Notes: generated from the letters alone by a model not told the origin. A stretch of 64,000 nt of DNA from Desulfobacterales bacterium (GCA_963668645.2 CAXXWC010000010.1:384001-448000), one strand, 5' to 3'; positions 50,089 through 61,119 are shown, counted from the stretch's first letter. Program-made: numbers and translations.

Positions 50089-51030
50089 ATGATCGGATAT
50101 TTTGATTTGCCTTCAGGTATTTCCGGAGACATGTGCCTGGGATGTCTTTTAGATGTTGGATGGAGCATCGATCGGCTGCGCAATGTGATTTCAAAACTTG
50201 GCCTGCCCGACGGACAATGGTCGGTTGAATCCAGGCAGGTCCGCAAAGGGACCCTGCGTGCGACGATGGCCGAAGTGTGTGTGAGCGATTGTGCAAAGAA
50301 AGGTCCGTGCGGCTGGCACGATCATGACGGGGAGAACGGAAAGCAACCGAATGGAAGAAAAAACGACGGACCGCATCCGGTTCACCGGAATTTGCCGGAT
50401 GTGCTTGAGCTGATCAACAGCGCGGATCTTCCCGATCCAATTAAAGAGAAATCATCGGCTGTGTTTGAACGGCTGGCAAGAGCGGAAGCCAAAGTGCACG
50501 GCGTTCGCATAGAAGAAATCCATTTTCATGAGGTCGGGTCCCTTGATGCGATAATCGACATTGTCGGAACGGTGACCGGGATTTATGAGATTGGCATCAA
50601 AAAGCTCTATGCTTCGGAATTGCCGCTGGGCCGCGGCTGGGTAACCGCCCAGCACGGAAAGATTCCGCTTCCGTCGCCGGCAACGATGGAACTGCTGGCG
50701 GAGGCAAAAGCGCCTACCCGCTGTGCGCCGGGTGACGGCGAACTGGTCACGCCCACAGGGGCCGCGCTGATATGCGAATTGGCGGAGTTTGGACAGAAAA
50801 ACATGATTATTGAAAAAATCGGTGTTGGCGCCGGACAGAAAGATTTCCCATGGCCGAACGTAGCCCGGCTGTGGCTTGGGAGAAAAAAGAATTTTATCCA
50901 AAGCAATCAGAAAAAGTTTTGTTTTGAGAAGAACGAAGGAGAGCGTTTATGGAAATCAATAGAATCGGTGTGTTCGGTGCCGGGATTATGGGAATGGGAA
51001 TCGCCCAGGTGGCGGCCACCGGCGGACTGA
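50089..51030 (+). CDS. larC: LarC N-terminal (DUF111) domain only
   Basis: '[13 protein letters not shown]', '[25 protein letters not shown]', 'HG.IP.P.PAT', '[10 protein letters not shown]'; similarity ends near 'VARLWLG' (about 50880). Confidence 0.85.
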   Translation: MIGYFDLPSGISGDMCLGCLLDVGWSIDRLRNVISKLGLPDGQWSVESRQVRKGTLRATMAEVCVSDCAKKGPCGWHDHDGENGKQPNGRKNDGPHPVHRNLPDVLELINSADLPDPIKEKSSAVFERLARAEAKVHGVRIEEIHFHEVGSLDAIIDIVGTVTGIYEIGIKKLYASELPLGRGWVTAQHGKIPLPSPATMELLAEAKAPTRCAPGDGELVTPTGAALICELAEFGQKNMIIEKIGVGAGQKDFPWPNVARLWLGRKKNFIQSNQKKFCFEKNEGERLWKSIESVCSVPGLWEWESPRWRPPAD

Positions 51031-51809
51031 CCGTGATTGTCCGGGATGTGGAAGAAGAATTTGTCCAAAAAGGGCTGACGGTTTTAAAAAATAATCTTAG
51101 CCGGTTGGTTAAAAAAGAAAGGATCAGCGAAGAAGAAGCCGGTGCCATCCAGGCCAGGGTGTCGGGAACGGTGGATTCGAAAAAGGCAGCCACGGATGCG
51201 GATTTGGTTATCGAGGCCATCGTTGAAAAAATGGATGTTAAAAAGGCGGTCTTCAAAGAACTCGACGGTATCTGCCCGCAGCACACCATCATCGCCTCCA
51301 ACACTTCCGGGCTTTCCATCACTGAAATGGCTTCGGTGACCAGCAGACCGGACAAGGTGATCGGGATGCATTTCTTCAATCCGGTGCCGGTGATGAAGCT
51401 GGTGGAATTGATTCGTGGATTTGTCACAAGCCAAGAGACGCTGGATGTGTGCCGGCAGTTGGTCCAAAAACTGGACAAAACTGCCGTGGAGGTACGAGAA
51501 GCCCCCGGATTCGCAGTAAATCGTATTCTTTGTCCGATGATCAACGAAGCGATTTTTGCCCTGTCCGAGGGTGTTGCCGGAGCAGAAGACATCGATCGGG
51601 CCATGATGATGGGCGCTAACCATCCGATCGGGCCACTGGCATTGGCGGACATGGTGGGTCTGGACACCTTGCTGTTCGTTATGGAAGGGCTTCACAAAGA
51701 GATGGGAGACGACAAATACCGCCCGGCGCCTCTGCTCCGAAAAATGGTGCGCGCCGGGCACCTCGGCAGAAAAAGCGGAAAGGGCTTTTTGTGCCAGACC
51801 GAATTATAG
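50949..51809 (+). CDS. hbd: 3-hydroxybutyryl-CoA dehydrogenase
   Basis: [10 protein letters not shown], 'IEAIVE', 'ASNTS', 'GMHFFNP', 'PGF.VNR', 'HPIGPL'. Confidence 0.93.
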   Translation: MEINRIGVFGAGIMGMGIAQVAATGGLTVIVRDVEEEFVQKGLTVLKNNLSRLVKKERISEEEAGAIQARVSGTVDSKKAATDADLVIEAIVEKMDVKKAVFKELDGICPQHTIIASNTSGLSITEMASVTSRPDKVIGMHFFNPVPVMKLVELIRGFVTSQETLDVCRQLVQKLDKTAVEVREAPGFAVNRILCPMINEAIFALSEGVAGAEDIDRAMMMGANHPIGPLALADMVGLDTLLFVMEGLHKEMGDDKYRPAPLLRKMVRAGHLGRKSGKGFLCQTEL

Positions 51810-51935
51810 ATCTGGGGCTGGTTGAAAACCGGAATCAAGTTTCACGTACTTTTTAAAGAGCTTGCCTTGTGAACCATCTCATTTGTCCGGAGGTGGCGTG
51901 GTGCGCTCCGAGTGTAAAGGCGAAGGAGGGAAACA

Positions 51936-53495
51936 GTGCCTATGATGGACGGAAAACAATATATCGAATCAATAAGAAAGCTGGAGCATGAGGTCTACTT
52001 CATGGGGGAAAAGATTCTCCGTGTTGCAGATCATCCCATGTTCCAGCCGCACATTCACACGGCGGCGATGACGTATGAACTGGCCTGCGATGCGGAGCAT
52101 GAAGAGATCATGGCCGCCATCTCCCATTTGAACGGCGAAAGGATCAACCGCTTCACCCATATCCACCAGAGCATCGACGACTTGGTCAAAAAGATCCGGA
52201 TGATGCGGTTGCTGGGTCAAAAGACCGGCACCTGCTTTCAGCGTTGCGTCGGGTTAGACGCTTTAAATGCGCTGTATTGCACGACCTACGACATGGACAG
52301 CAAAAACGGCACGGAATATCACAAAGCGTTTTGTCAATTTCTGTCCCATGTGCAGCGAAACGATCTGATGTCGGCCGGGGCTATGACCGATCCCCGGGGA
52401 GACCGCAGCCTGCGGCCGTCTGAACAGAAAAACCCGAATGCCTATCTTCACATCACAAAGAAGACCAAGGACGGGATTGTCGTCAACGGGGCCAAGGCTC
52501 ACATTACCGGGGTGATCAATTCCCACGAGATCATTGCGCTGCCGACGCGGGCCATGGGGGCAGTAGACGCCGATTTTGCCGTGGCCTTTGCCGTTCCGGT
52601 TGATACGCCGGGGATTCGCTACATTTTTTCCAGGCAGACCAACGACAGCCGGCGGCTGGAAAGCCCGCTTGATGCGGGAAATCCTAAATACGCCATTGTG
52701 GGCGGAGAGGCCGTGATCGTATTTACCGACGTTTTTGTCCCGTGGGAGCGGGTGTTTATGGCCGGCGAGCACGAATTTTGTGCGCCGTTGGTGGAGTCGT
52801 TTGCCGGGTATCACCGCTCCAATTACGGCGGGTGCAAGGTTGGGCTGGCCGATGTGGTGATCGGCGCCTCGCACTGGATTGCAGACGCCCACGGGGTGGG
52901 CAATGCATCGCATATTGTTGACAAGCTCACCGAGATGATCGCCATGGCCGAAACCTGTTGGTCCTGTTCGCTGGCCTGTTCCTACGAAGGGCACAAGACC
53001 CCGTCGGGGGCTTACAACATCAATCCGATGCTGGCCAATGTCACCAAACTCAACATCACCCGGATGGTTTACGAGTGGATGCGCGTGGCGCAGGATATCG
53101 CCGGTGGCAAGATTATCACCCTTCCGTCGGAGCGGGACCTGAGCGTTCCGGAAATCCGCGAAGTGCTCAAGGAGTGTTTTTGCGGCAAGGAAGGGGTCGA
53201 TGTGGACCAGATTTTTAAAATGCTCCGGCTGATGGAAAACATGTCCGTGGGGGCGGGACTTCCGGAGGCGATGCACGGTGCTGGATCGCCGGCCGCGCAG
53301 AAGATCATGATTGCCCGAAGAAGCGGTATCGAGAGGAAACGCCGGTATGCCGAGACCGTGGCCGGCCTTGTCAAAGACGAGAAGTTTGAGACCATCGTCG
53401 GTATGCCCGAAGAGCAATACTGGGCAGCTAACCGGGGAAAAATCTACGAGGCCCGGCTGCGCTGTTGTAAAAACGCAGTTGCGGCAGGGTCCTGA
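51936..53495 (+). CDS. abfD: 4-hydroxybutyryl-CoA dehydratase/vinylacetyl-CoA isomerase-like
   Basis: 'TGTCFQRCVG.D', 'AMTDP.GDRS', 'YHRSNYGGCK', 'EAMHGAGSP' (FeS ligands and catalytic positions retained). Confidence 0.9.
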   Translation: MPMMDGKQYIESIRKLEHEVYFMGEKILRVADHPMFQPHIHTAAMTYELACDAEHEEIMAAISHLNGERINRFTHIHQSIDDLVKKIRMMRLLGQKTGTCFQRCVGLDALNALYCTTYDMDSKNGTEYHKAFCQFLSHVQRNDLMSAGAMTDPRGDRSLRPSEQKNPNAYLHITKKTKDGIVVNGAKAHITGVINSHEIIALPTRAMGAVDADFAVAFAVPVDTPGIRYIFSRQTNDSRRLESPLDAGNPKYAIVGGEAVIVFTDVFVPWERVFMAGEHEFCAPLVESFAGYHRSNYGGCKVGLADVVIGASHWIADAHGVGNASHIVDKLTEMIAMAETCWSCSLACSYEGHKTPSGAYNINPMLANVTKLNITRMVYEWMRVAQDIAGGKIITLPSERDLSVPEIREVLKECFCGKEGVDVDQIFKMLRLMENMSVGAGLPEAMHGAGSPAAQKIMIARRSGIERKRRYAETVAGLVKDEKFETIVGMPEEQYWAANRGKIYEARLRCCKNAVAAGS

Positions 53496-53502
53496 GGCGG
53501 AA

Positions 53503-53820
53503 ATGGCGGATCGGCCGGTCATACGGGTGAGATACTGCGGCGGCTGCAACCCGGAAATCGAGCGGGCGCAGGTCGTCAAAGAGATCGAGTCCCTGATGAA
53601 GGCCGAGGCGTCGTTTGCCATTTCAAGCGAAGCGGACCTGCTTTTGTTGGTCAACGGCTGCGCCCACGGCTGTCTGGACCAGGAGTCGGCTGAATCCTGC
53701 GGTGTGCGACGCTTGTCGGTGCAGGGCCGGAGGATCGACTGCAGGCCGGTCTGTGAAAAGGATTTGGCGGCGGCGGCCGCCGCCCGGATCCGGGAGCTAT
53801 TGAAGCGGCCGCAGGGTTGA
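53503..53820 (+). CDS. Small Cys-motif protein
   Basis: 'VRYCGGCNP', 'NGCAHGC'; RBS GAGG. Confidence 0.75.
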   Translation: MADRPVIRVRYCGGCNPEIERAQVVKEIESLMKAEASFAISSEADLLLLVNGCAHGCLDQESAESCGVRRLSVQGRRIDCRPVCEKDLAAAAAARIRELLKRPQG

Positions 53821-53962
53821 AGCGACGCCGGTCGATGGCTTCGGCGAAATCCCGATTCAGCCGTCGCCTGAATTCAGCGGCTCCTGCTTTTTCAATCTTT
53901 CGCAGGGAGCAAAAATAAAATCGCGATAGCGATGTTATGCCGGACAACGAAAGGAATGATCC

Positions 53963-55213
53963 ATGAAAGAGGTGGTAATCGTATCGGGTTGCCGGACGGC
54001 CATCGGAAGTTTCGGAGGAAGCCTGAGGGACATGACCGCGGCGGCCATTGCCGCCGTGACCATGGAAGAAGCGGTCCGGCGGGCCGGGATCGATTCGGGG
54101 CTGATCGATGATGTCCGCTACGGATGCTGCATCGAACCGGCAGACACCTTGAATGTGGCCCGGGTGGCTGCGCTTCTGGCTGGCATCCCGGCAAGTGTTC
54201 CGGCGGTCACCATCAATCGGGTCTGCATCTCTGGAATGGAGGCGGTGGTCTCGGCAGCGGCGATGATCCAGTGCGGAATGGCCGACGTGGTTCTCGCCGG
54301 CGGGGTCGAGCATATGTCCGGGGTCGCCTACCAGGTGCCCGGAGCCCGATGGGGGTGCCGGCTCCAGGACCAAGTCATGGTCGACGCTTTGATCCGGTCG
54401 CTGTACTGCGGCTCGCACCTGATTCCCCATCCGGAGGATGGCCCGGTCGACAGTGAGAGGCCGCCCCTGGCCTTGTGCAAGGGGAAGCCGTATATCATGG
54501 GCCAGACCGCCGAATTTGTGGCCCAGCACCTGGATATCTCCAGACAGGAGATGGACGAAGTGGCACTGCGAAGCCACCGAAACGTGGAGACGGCCACCAA
54601 AGAAGGACGGCTTAAAGATGAAATCGTGCCGGTGCAGGTGCCGAAAAGAAAGGGACCGCCGGCGATCTTTGACACCGACGAGCATTTTCGGCCCGGCATC
54701 ACTATCGAGGATCTCCAAAAGCTGCCGCCGGCATTTGTGAAAGACGGCGGAAAGGTGACGGCCGGCAATTCCAGCGGCATCAACGACGGGGCCGCCGGCA
54801 TGGTGATTATGTCCGCGGAAAAGGCAAAAAAGCTTTCGATATCGCCTCTGGCAAGGATCCGGGCAGTGGGCAAAGGCGCCTGCCACCCGTCGGTGATGGG
54901 CCTGTCGCCGGTGCCGGCGGTCCGTCAGCTCTGCGACAAAGGCGGCTTTTCAATCTCCGATTTTGAACTGATTGAACTCAATGAGGCATTTGCCGCTCAG
55001 TACATTGGATGCGAGAGGGAACTGGGCCTTGACCGGGACCGGACCAATCTCAACGGGTCGGGAATCGGGCTGGGGCATCCGATCGGCGCCACCGGTGCGC
55101 GCATCCTGGTATCGCTGATCTACGGGATGAAAAATCGCGGAAAAAACCTGGGGCTGGCCACTTTGTGCGGCGGCGGTGGCGTTTCCATGGCCTGCGCGCT
55201 TGAAGCGCTATAA
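53963..55213 (+). CDS. Acetyl-CoA acetyltransferase (thiolase)
   Basis: 'NRVCISG', 'NEAFA', 'GHPIGATG', 'CGGGG'. Confidence 0.95.
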   Translation: MKEVVIVSGCRTAIGSFGGSLRDMTAAAIAAVTMEEAVRRAGIDSGLIDDVRYGCCIEPADTLNVARVAALLAGIPASVPAVTINRVCISGMEAVVSAAAMIQCGMADVVLAGGVEHMSGVAYQVPGARWGCRLQDQVMVDALIRSLYCGSHLIPHPEDGPVDSERPPLALCKGKPYIMGQTAEFVAQHLDISRQEMDEVALRSHRNVETATKEGRLKDEIVPVQVPKRKGPPAIFDTDEHFRPGITIEDLQKLPPAFVKDGGKVTAGNSSGINDGAAGMVIMSAEKAKKLSISPLARIRAVGKGACHPSVMGLSPVPAVRQLCDKGGFSISDFELIELNEAFAAQYIGCERELGLDRDRTNLNGSGIGLGHPIGATGARILVSLIYGMKNRGKNLGLATLCGGGGVSMACALEAL

Positions 55214-55366
55214 ACGAAGAGCGAATAAAAGCAGGAAACACCGGTGTTCTTTTGAGATACCCAAACCGGCACGGCTCTTTTTTCAATTTTCGGCATTTGG
55301 GGCGGGTTCATATTCCTTTTTGCCGGCCTATGATTTTAGGTGCATCTATCAAAGGAGGTAGTTTCG

Positions 55367-56692
55367 ATGGAAGAAACGAAAGTGGCGATCGTCCGATACG
55401 AAAGCCCGGAGGCATCGGTTCAAAAAGCCGTGGATCTTTCCGAAGGCCTGGCCCGGCTACCCGCCGGGGCCCGGGTGTTTGTCAAACCGAACGTGGTCTA
55501 CTGGACCGATGCGGTGGCCTTTCCGAAATGGGGACTGATCACCACCTCGCGGGTGGTGGAAGACACGGTGCGTATCCTGAAGGACCACGGCGCCAGTGAG
55601 ATCCTCATCGGCGAAGGGCCGGTAATCACCGATCCGAAAGATATGGAAATGGCGAAAAAAGCCTTCGACTACCTCGGTTACCCGAGCCTTTGCCGGCGAT
55701 ATGGAGTCAAGGTGATCAACGTCTTCGAGCGGCCCTTCAAGAAGGTGGATCTGGGGGACGACATCTTTCTCAACTTCAACACCGATATTCTGGAAAGCGA
55801 CTTTGTGGTCAGCCTGCCGGTGCTCAAGACCCATGCCCAGACCGTGGTCAGTCTCGGCATCAAGAACCTGAAGGGGACGATCGACATCGTCTCGCGAAAA
55901 AAATGCCACAATGCCACCCCGGGAAGAGACCTGAACCACATGGTAGCCCGGCTGGCCGATCCGATGCCGCCGATGTTCACGCTGATCGACGGGATCTACA
56001 CCAACGAACGGGGGCCGTGGTTCGACGGCCGACCGAGACGCAGCGATCTGTTGATCGCCTCGGCCGACCCTCTATCTGCGGACATCGTCGGAGCGGCGGT
56101 ACTCGGACACGAAGCAAAAAACGTACCGCATCTGGCGGCGGCAGCGGCCAACCGCAACCGGCCGGCCGATCTTTCCGGCATCCGGGTGGTGGGCGAATCG
56201 ATTGAAGATGTGGCCTCCTTTCACGAGCATGCGTTTCCTTATACCGAGGACGGTGCGCTGCCGCTGCCGATGGCCAAGGCGGGGATCAGTGGCATTGCTT
56301 ACCGGAAATACGACCTGACCATGTGCACCTACTGCTCGGGCATCAACGGCGCGGTGGTGGCCGGCATTGCCAGGGCCTGGAAAGGCGAGCCCTGGGACGA
56401 TGTGGAAATTCTCACCGGAAAGGAGATGGCCCCGACCCCGGGCAAGAAAAAAACGATCCTGCTGGGCCAGTGCATGTACAAGGCCCACCGGAAAAATCCG
56501 GACATCAACGAGTTGATCGCCGTCAAGGGGTGTCCGCCCAAACCCGACGACATCCTGGCCGCCCTGCAAAAGGCCGGCATCGACGTCGATCCGGAATTTT
56601 TCGAGCACCTGGACCGGTATCCGGGGCTTTTCATGCGCCGCTATAAGGACCGGCCCGAATTTGAAGAATCGTTTTTCAAAATCGCCGAATGA
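55367..56692 (+). CDS. DUF362-family protein with C-terminal Cys motifs
   Basis: 'VFVKPN', 'IGEG', 'LPVLKTH', 'SLGIKNLKG', 'CTYC', 'GCPP'. Confidence 0.85.
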   Translation: MEETKVAIVRYESPEASVQKAVDLSEGLARLPAGARVFVKPNVVYWTDAVAFPKWGLITTSRVVEDTVRILKDHGASEILIGEGPVITDPKDMEMAKKAFDYLGYPSLCRRYGVKVINVFERPFKKVDLGDDIFLNFNTDILESDFVVSLPVLKTHAQTVVSLGIKNLKGTIDIVSRKKCHNATPGRDLNHMVARLADPMPPMFTLIDGIYTNERGPWFDGRPRRSDLLIASADPLSADIVGAAVLGHEAKNVPHLAAAAANRNRPADLSGIRVVGESIEDVASFHEHAFPYTEDGALPLPMAKAGISGIAYRKYDLTMCTYCSGINGAVVAGIARAWKGEPWDDVEILTGKEMAPTPGKKKTILLGQCMYKAHRKNPDINELIAVKGCPPKPDDILAALQKAGIDVDPEFFEHLDRYPGLFMRRYKDRPEFEESFFKIAE

Positions 56693-56931
56693 AAAAAGAA
56701 AGCCACCGAATGTGGGCCGCTTTATCGCCCGGCACAAGGACAAATTCCAGCGAATGCACAGTCGCTTGCCACGGTTCGAATGCGCGAAGCAGCGCGGCAC
56801 GGGCTGCAGCTAAGCTCGCCGTTCGGCGGCTCTACCTCGATCACGTTGGCCGTAGTTGTCGACGCCAGCAAACGTTATGATCGCCAACCACTGTCAGGAC
56901 GTCTCCAGTTGCAGGGGAGCACGGAAAGAAG

Positions 56932-57690
56932 ATGGCCGACTGCAACCCATCGCTTCGCATTTCAGGGATCATTCTGGCCGCGGGCGCCTCATCGAGAATG
57001 GGCCGCTGCAAGCAGCTTCTGCCTGTTGCCCGCACAAGTATGCTGGGGCAGGTGGTTGAACACGCCCGCCGATCGGACCTGAACGATATCGTCGTTGTTC
57101 TCGGTCATCGGTCGGACCAGATACGGGCGCAGGTCGACCTGAGCGGCACCACCGTTGTCGTCAACCCCGATTATGCGCTGGGACAGAGCACCTCGGTAAA
57201 AGCCGGCATCGCCCGGGTGGCAGAGGCCGCCGATGCGGCGATGATCCTGCTGGGCGATCAGCCCCTGGTGCAAGAGGAGGTCATCAACTGCCTGATTCGA
57301 TCGTTCCGCCATAGCCGAGCGCCGATTGTCGTTCCTGTTTTTCAGGGGCGGCGTGGAAACCCGGTGATCATTGCCCGGGTCCTGTTTGACGAACTGATCG
57401 CCTGCCTCATCGGTGATACCGGAGCCCGGATCCTCTTTTCGACCCATTCGGACGAAATCCAACGCGTAGCGGTTTCGACCGACGCTGTCCTTTTCGATGT
57501 CGATCAGATGGCTGACTACCATCGCCTGCTGGCCCGATCCGGACCGGGCGAAGGCTCCGCGGCCCGGGCCGATCAAACCGAAGCCCGATCCCAAAACGAT
57601 CATCAAGCGGTCGGGTCCACCACCGGTCTGTCCGCAACCGGGGATGTGACGCGACGCTTTGACCCTACTCAAACAGACGGCGGAGTGTGA
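56932..57690 (+). CDS. mocA: Molybdenum cofactor cytidylyltransferase-like nucleotidyltransferase
   Basis: 'ILAAGASSRMG..KQLL', 'GQSTS', 'LGDQP', 'GNPV', 'GDTGAR', 'DVD'. Confidence 0.88.
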   Translation: MADCNPSLRISGIILAAGASSRMGRCKQLLPVARTSMLGQVVEHARRSDLNDIVVVLGHRSDQIRAQVDLSGTTVVVNPDYALGQSTSVKAGIARVAEAADAAMILLGDQPLVQEEVINCLIRSFRHSRAPIVVPVFQGRRGNPVIIARVLFDELIACLIGDTGARILFSTHSDEIQRVAVSTDAVLFDVDQMADYHRLLARSGPGEGSAARADQTEARSQNDHQAVGSTTGLSATGDVTRRFDPTQTDGGV

Positions 57691-58721
57691 CAATGGGAGT
57701 TTTGAAGAAGATAAAGGTGGAAGATGCAGTCGGATTGTCTCTGGCCCACGACATAACCAGAATCGTTCCCGGAAAATTCAAAGGGGTAGGATTCAAGAAC
57801 GGACATGTGATCCGCAAGGAAGATATTCCCGAACTGCTGAAAATCGGAAAGCGGAGCATCTACATCATGACCCTGGACGAAAATCAGATTCACGAGGATG
57901 ACGCCGCCTTGCGGATCGCTCCGGCAATATGCGGCAAGAATCTGAGGTGGACCGATCCAAAAGAGGGCAAGTCCAACATCGTCTGTGAAATGGACGGCCT
58001 GCTGCGGGTTCGGGCAGACGCCCTGCTTTCCCTCAACATGATCGGGGATATCATCGTTTCCACAATCAAAGACGCAACCCCCTGCTGCAAGGATCAGATC
58101 GTTTGCGGAACGCGGATCATCCCGCTGATGATCGACAAGGAAAAAATCGAAGCCCTGGAAGAAACGGCCCGCCGCAATGGACCGGTTCTGGAAATCCTTC
58201 CCTATCTGAAAAAACGGGTCGGGGTTCTGGTCACCGGGTCGGAACTCTACCATGGCCTGATCAAGGACGAGTCCGATACCTATATCGGCAACAAACTGAA
58301 ACAATACGGATGCTGGATCGAAAAAAAGATGGTGGCCAGCGACGATCCGGTGATGATCTCAGATGCACTGTCGGCGTTGAAGGCGGCCGGCTGCGAATTG
58401 ATCATCGCAACCGGCGGACTTTCGGTGGATCCGGACGATGTGACCCGCGCAGGCGTCCGCATGGCCGGCGCCCAAATCATTTCCTACGGCGCCCCGATCC
58501 TGCCCGGGGCCATGTTTTTCAACGCCCGGCTGGGAGAGGTTCCCATCATGGGACTGCCTGCCTGCGTCTTCTACCACAAGCGCACGGCATACGATCTGAT
58601 GCTGCCGCGCCTGCTGGCAGGGGCACAGCCAACCGCCGAACAGATCGCCGCGATGGGCCATGGGGGCCTGTGCATGAGATGCGAAGTTTGCCATTTTCCG
58701 TCCTGTCCCTTTGGCAGGTAA
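57687..58721 (+). CDS. MoeA-like molybdopterin-binding protein
   Basis: 'AVG..LAHDIT.IVPG', 'IHEDDAA', 'TGSE', 'TGGLSVDPDD.T', 'YGAP.LPGAM', C-terminal C..C..C..P.C. Confidence 0.88.
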   Translation: MTMGVLKKIKVEDAVGLSLAHDITRIVPGKFKGVGFKNGHVIRKEDIPELLKIGKRSIYIMTLDENQIHEDDAALRIAPAICGKNLRWTDPKEGKSNIVCEMDGLLRVRADALLSLNMIGDIIVSTIKDATPCCKDQIVCGTRIIPLMIDKEKIEALEETARRNGPVLEILPYLKKRVGVLVTGSELYHGLIKDESDTYIGNKLKQYGCWIEKKMVASDDPVMISDALSALKAAGCELIIATGGLSVDPDDVTRAGVRMAGAQIISYGAPILPGAMFFNARLGEVPIMGLPACVFYHKRTAYDLMLPRLLAGAQPTAEQIAAMGHGGLCMRCEVCHFPSCPFGR

Positions 58722-58731
58722 GGTGCAACCC

Positions 58732-59730
58732 ATGATCAAAAAAGCTCAGGAGTGGATCAAAAACGGCAGGCAAGTGGCGCTGGCCACGGTCATCGCCACT
58801 TGGGGGTCGTCATCGCGCCAGGCGGGAAGCCAGTTGGTGGTCGACAGCAGCGGAAGATTCGAGGGCTCCGTTTCCGGGGGCTGCGTCGAAGGCGCCGTGG
58901 TCGAAGAAGCCCTGGGGGTGATCCGCGAGGGAAAACCCAAGCGGGTGTTTTTCGGCGTCACCCAGGATCAGGCCTGGGAAGTGGGACTGGCCTGCGGCGG
59001 AGAGATCGAGATTTTCATCGAAAAGGTCACCTGGGCTGCGGACCTGGACCGCCTGGTTGAACTTTGCGCCGCAAGCCGTCCGGCGTGCCTGATCACCGAT
59101 CTTGCCCAAGGCGACAAGCGCCTGGTGCCTCTGGATGCACCCGATGCCGTCAAGGCGCTTTCTTCGGACATGCGGCCCCATGTCGAAAAATTCATCCAGG
59201 GCGGGCGCAACACGGTCGTCGAAGCCGGCGGGCGCACCGTCTTTTTGCATCGGTTCTATCCGCCGCCCGAACTGATTGTCGTCGGCGCGGTTCATATCGC
59301 AAAGCCCCTGTGCGTGTTTGCCCGAACCGCCGGTTATAAGGTGACCGTCATCGACCCTCGCAGCGCATTTGCCAATCCGGACCGCTTCCCGGACATCCCC
59401 TTTGTTGTGGAATGGCCCGATGAGGCGATGGAACAGATGAACCTTCACCCCGCAACAGCGGTGGTCGCCCTGTGCCACGACCCCAAGATCGACGACCCGG
59501 CACTGGCAGCGGCCCTGGGCTCCAAGGCCTTTTATATCGGGGCCCTGGGCAGCCGCAAAACCCACAAGGAACGCCTCGAACGGCTGCGTTCGGCCGGGTT
59601 CGCCGACGAGGCCCTGAAACGGATACACGGCCCGGTCGGCCTCGACATCGGCGCCCTCAACCCGGAAGAGATCGCCATCGCCATCATGGCCGAGATGACC
59701 GCGGTGCGCCGAAACCGAAACGGGTCATAA
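58732..59730 (+). CDS. xdhC: XdhC/CoxI-family Mo-cofactor insertion chaperone
   Basis: 'ALATV..TWGS', 'GSVSGGCVE', 'GLACGG', 'HDPKID', 'YIGALGS', 'GPVGLDIG'. Confidence 0.93.
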   Translation: MIKKAQEWIKNGRQVALATVIATWGSSSRQAGSQLVVDSSGRFEGSVSGGCVEGAVVEEALGVIREGKPKRVFFGVTQDQAWEVGLACGGEIEIFIEKVTWAADLDRLVELCAASRPACLITDLAQGDKRLVPLDAPDAVKALSSDMRPHVEKFIQGGRNTVVEAGGRTVFLHRFYPPPELIVVGAVHIAKPLCVFARTAGYKVTVIDPRSAFANPDRFPDIPFVVEWPDEAMEQMNLHPATAVVALCHDPKIDDPALAAALGSKAFYIGALGSRKTHKERLERLRSAGFADEALKRIHGPVGLDIGALNPEEIAIAIMAEMTAVRRNRNGS

Positions 59731-59861
59731 AGCGACTTTCGGAATTCATGGCACGGCGGTATCGATCATTTGCCGCTCGGCACCGGAGGACCGGCGAGAC
59801 TTTGGGTCATGGGGGGCAAAGGCTCGATTCAGCCGATTCTCAACGAAACGAGACGGAGAAG

Positions 59862-61106
59862 ATGATGCGCTTCGATGCGGAGCGGTTGGCATTACAATTC
59901 AGCATCCTGAAGCGGAAAGTAAACGGCAGGCCGCTTCATTACCTGGACAATGCCGCCACGTCCCAGATGCCCGATTGCGTTATCGAGGCCGTCGTACGCC
60001 ACGACAAAACCCGCCGTGCCAACGTGCGCCGGGGGATTCACCACCTGTCGGAGCTGGCGGATGCCGCCTACGAGGCGGCAAGAGGAGATGTCGCACGCTA
60101 TCTGGGGGTCGAGCGGGCCGAGGAAGTCGTCTTCACCGGCGGGGCGACCGCGGGGATCAACCTGCTGGCCCACGGCCTTGGAGCCGCGCTCAAACCCGAA
60201 GACGGGGTACTGGTCTCCGAACTGGAGCACCACAGCAACATCATCCCCTGGCAGCTTCTCAAAAAACGGCAAGGCATTACCTTGTCCTATCTTCCGGTCA
60301 CCGAAGACGGGCGCCTTGATCTGAGCAAGCTTGACCGGTACATCAACCAAAAAACAAAAATCGTTTCCCTGACCCATGGATCGAATGTGACCGGGGCGGT
60401 CAGCGACGTGGCCCGCATCGCCAAGGCGGCCCATGAAGCCGGGGCCGTCCTGGTGCTGGACGGTGCCCAGACGGCACCCCACGGTCCGTTGGACCTGTCG
60501 GCCCTCGACGCTGATTTTTACGTTTTTTCCGGCCACAAGGTGCTCGGTCCCAGCGGCATCGGCGTGTTGTGGGGACGCAAAGCACTGCTGGATCGGATGC
60601 CGCCGGTGTTCGGCGGCGGGGAGATGATCGCAGAAGTCAGCCTCGAAGAAAGCCATTTTCTTCCTCCCCCGCACCGCTTTGAAGCCGGCACCCCTCCGAT
60701 CACCCAGGCCGTGGGGCTGGCAGCGGCCCTTGCCTGGTTCGGTTCCCAGGACATTGCCGCAATCCGGGCTCATGTGGGGCATCTTACCGGGCAGATCATC
60801 GAGGGACTTTCACGAATCGACGCAGGCCGGGAAACGATCCGGGTCCTTGGCCCCAAAGAACCCGAAAAGCGATTGCCGCTCGTCTCCTTTGCCGTTCGAG
60901 GCATCCATCCGCACGACGTCTGCCAGATCCTCAACGACCGCCACGGCGTGGCCCTGCGCGGCGGCCATCACTGCGCCCAGCCGCTTCACGACCGATTCGC
61001 TCTGGACGGCACCACCCGGGCCAGCCTTGCCGCCTATAACCGTCAAGCCGACGTCGATGCGTTTCTCAACGGAATCGAGGACTGCATCGACAAGTTCGGA
61101 CGATAA
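59862..61106 (+). CDS. sufS: SufS-type cysteine desulfurase
   Basis: 'YLDNAATSQ', 'EHHSN', 'DGAQ', 'SGHK', 'FEAGTP', 'RGGHHCAQP'. Confidence 0.95.
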   Translation: MMRFDAERLALQFSILKRKVNGRPLHYLDNAATSQMPDCVIEAVVRHDKTRRANVRRGIHHLSELADAAYEAARGDVARYLGVERAEEVVFTGGATAGINLLAHGLGAALKPEDGVLVSELEHHSNIIPWQLLKKRQGITLSYLPVTEDGRLDLSKLDRYINQKTKIVSLTHGSNVTGAVSDVARIAKAAHEAGAVLVLDGAQTAPHGPLDLSALDADFYVFSGHKVLGPSGIGVLWGRKALLDRMPPVFGGGEMIAEVSLEESHFLPPPHRFEAGTPPITQAVGLAAALAWFGSQDIAAIRAHVGHLTGQIIEGLSRIDAGRETIRVLGPKEPEKRLPLVSFAVRGIHPHDVCQILNDRHGVALRGGHHCAQPLHDRFALDGTTRASLAAYNRQADVDAFLNGIEDCIDKFGR

Positions 61107-61119
61107 GGTTTTACCAAGA

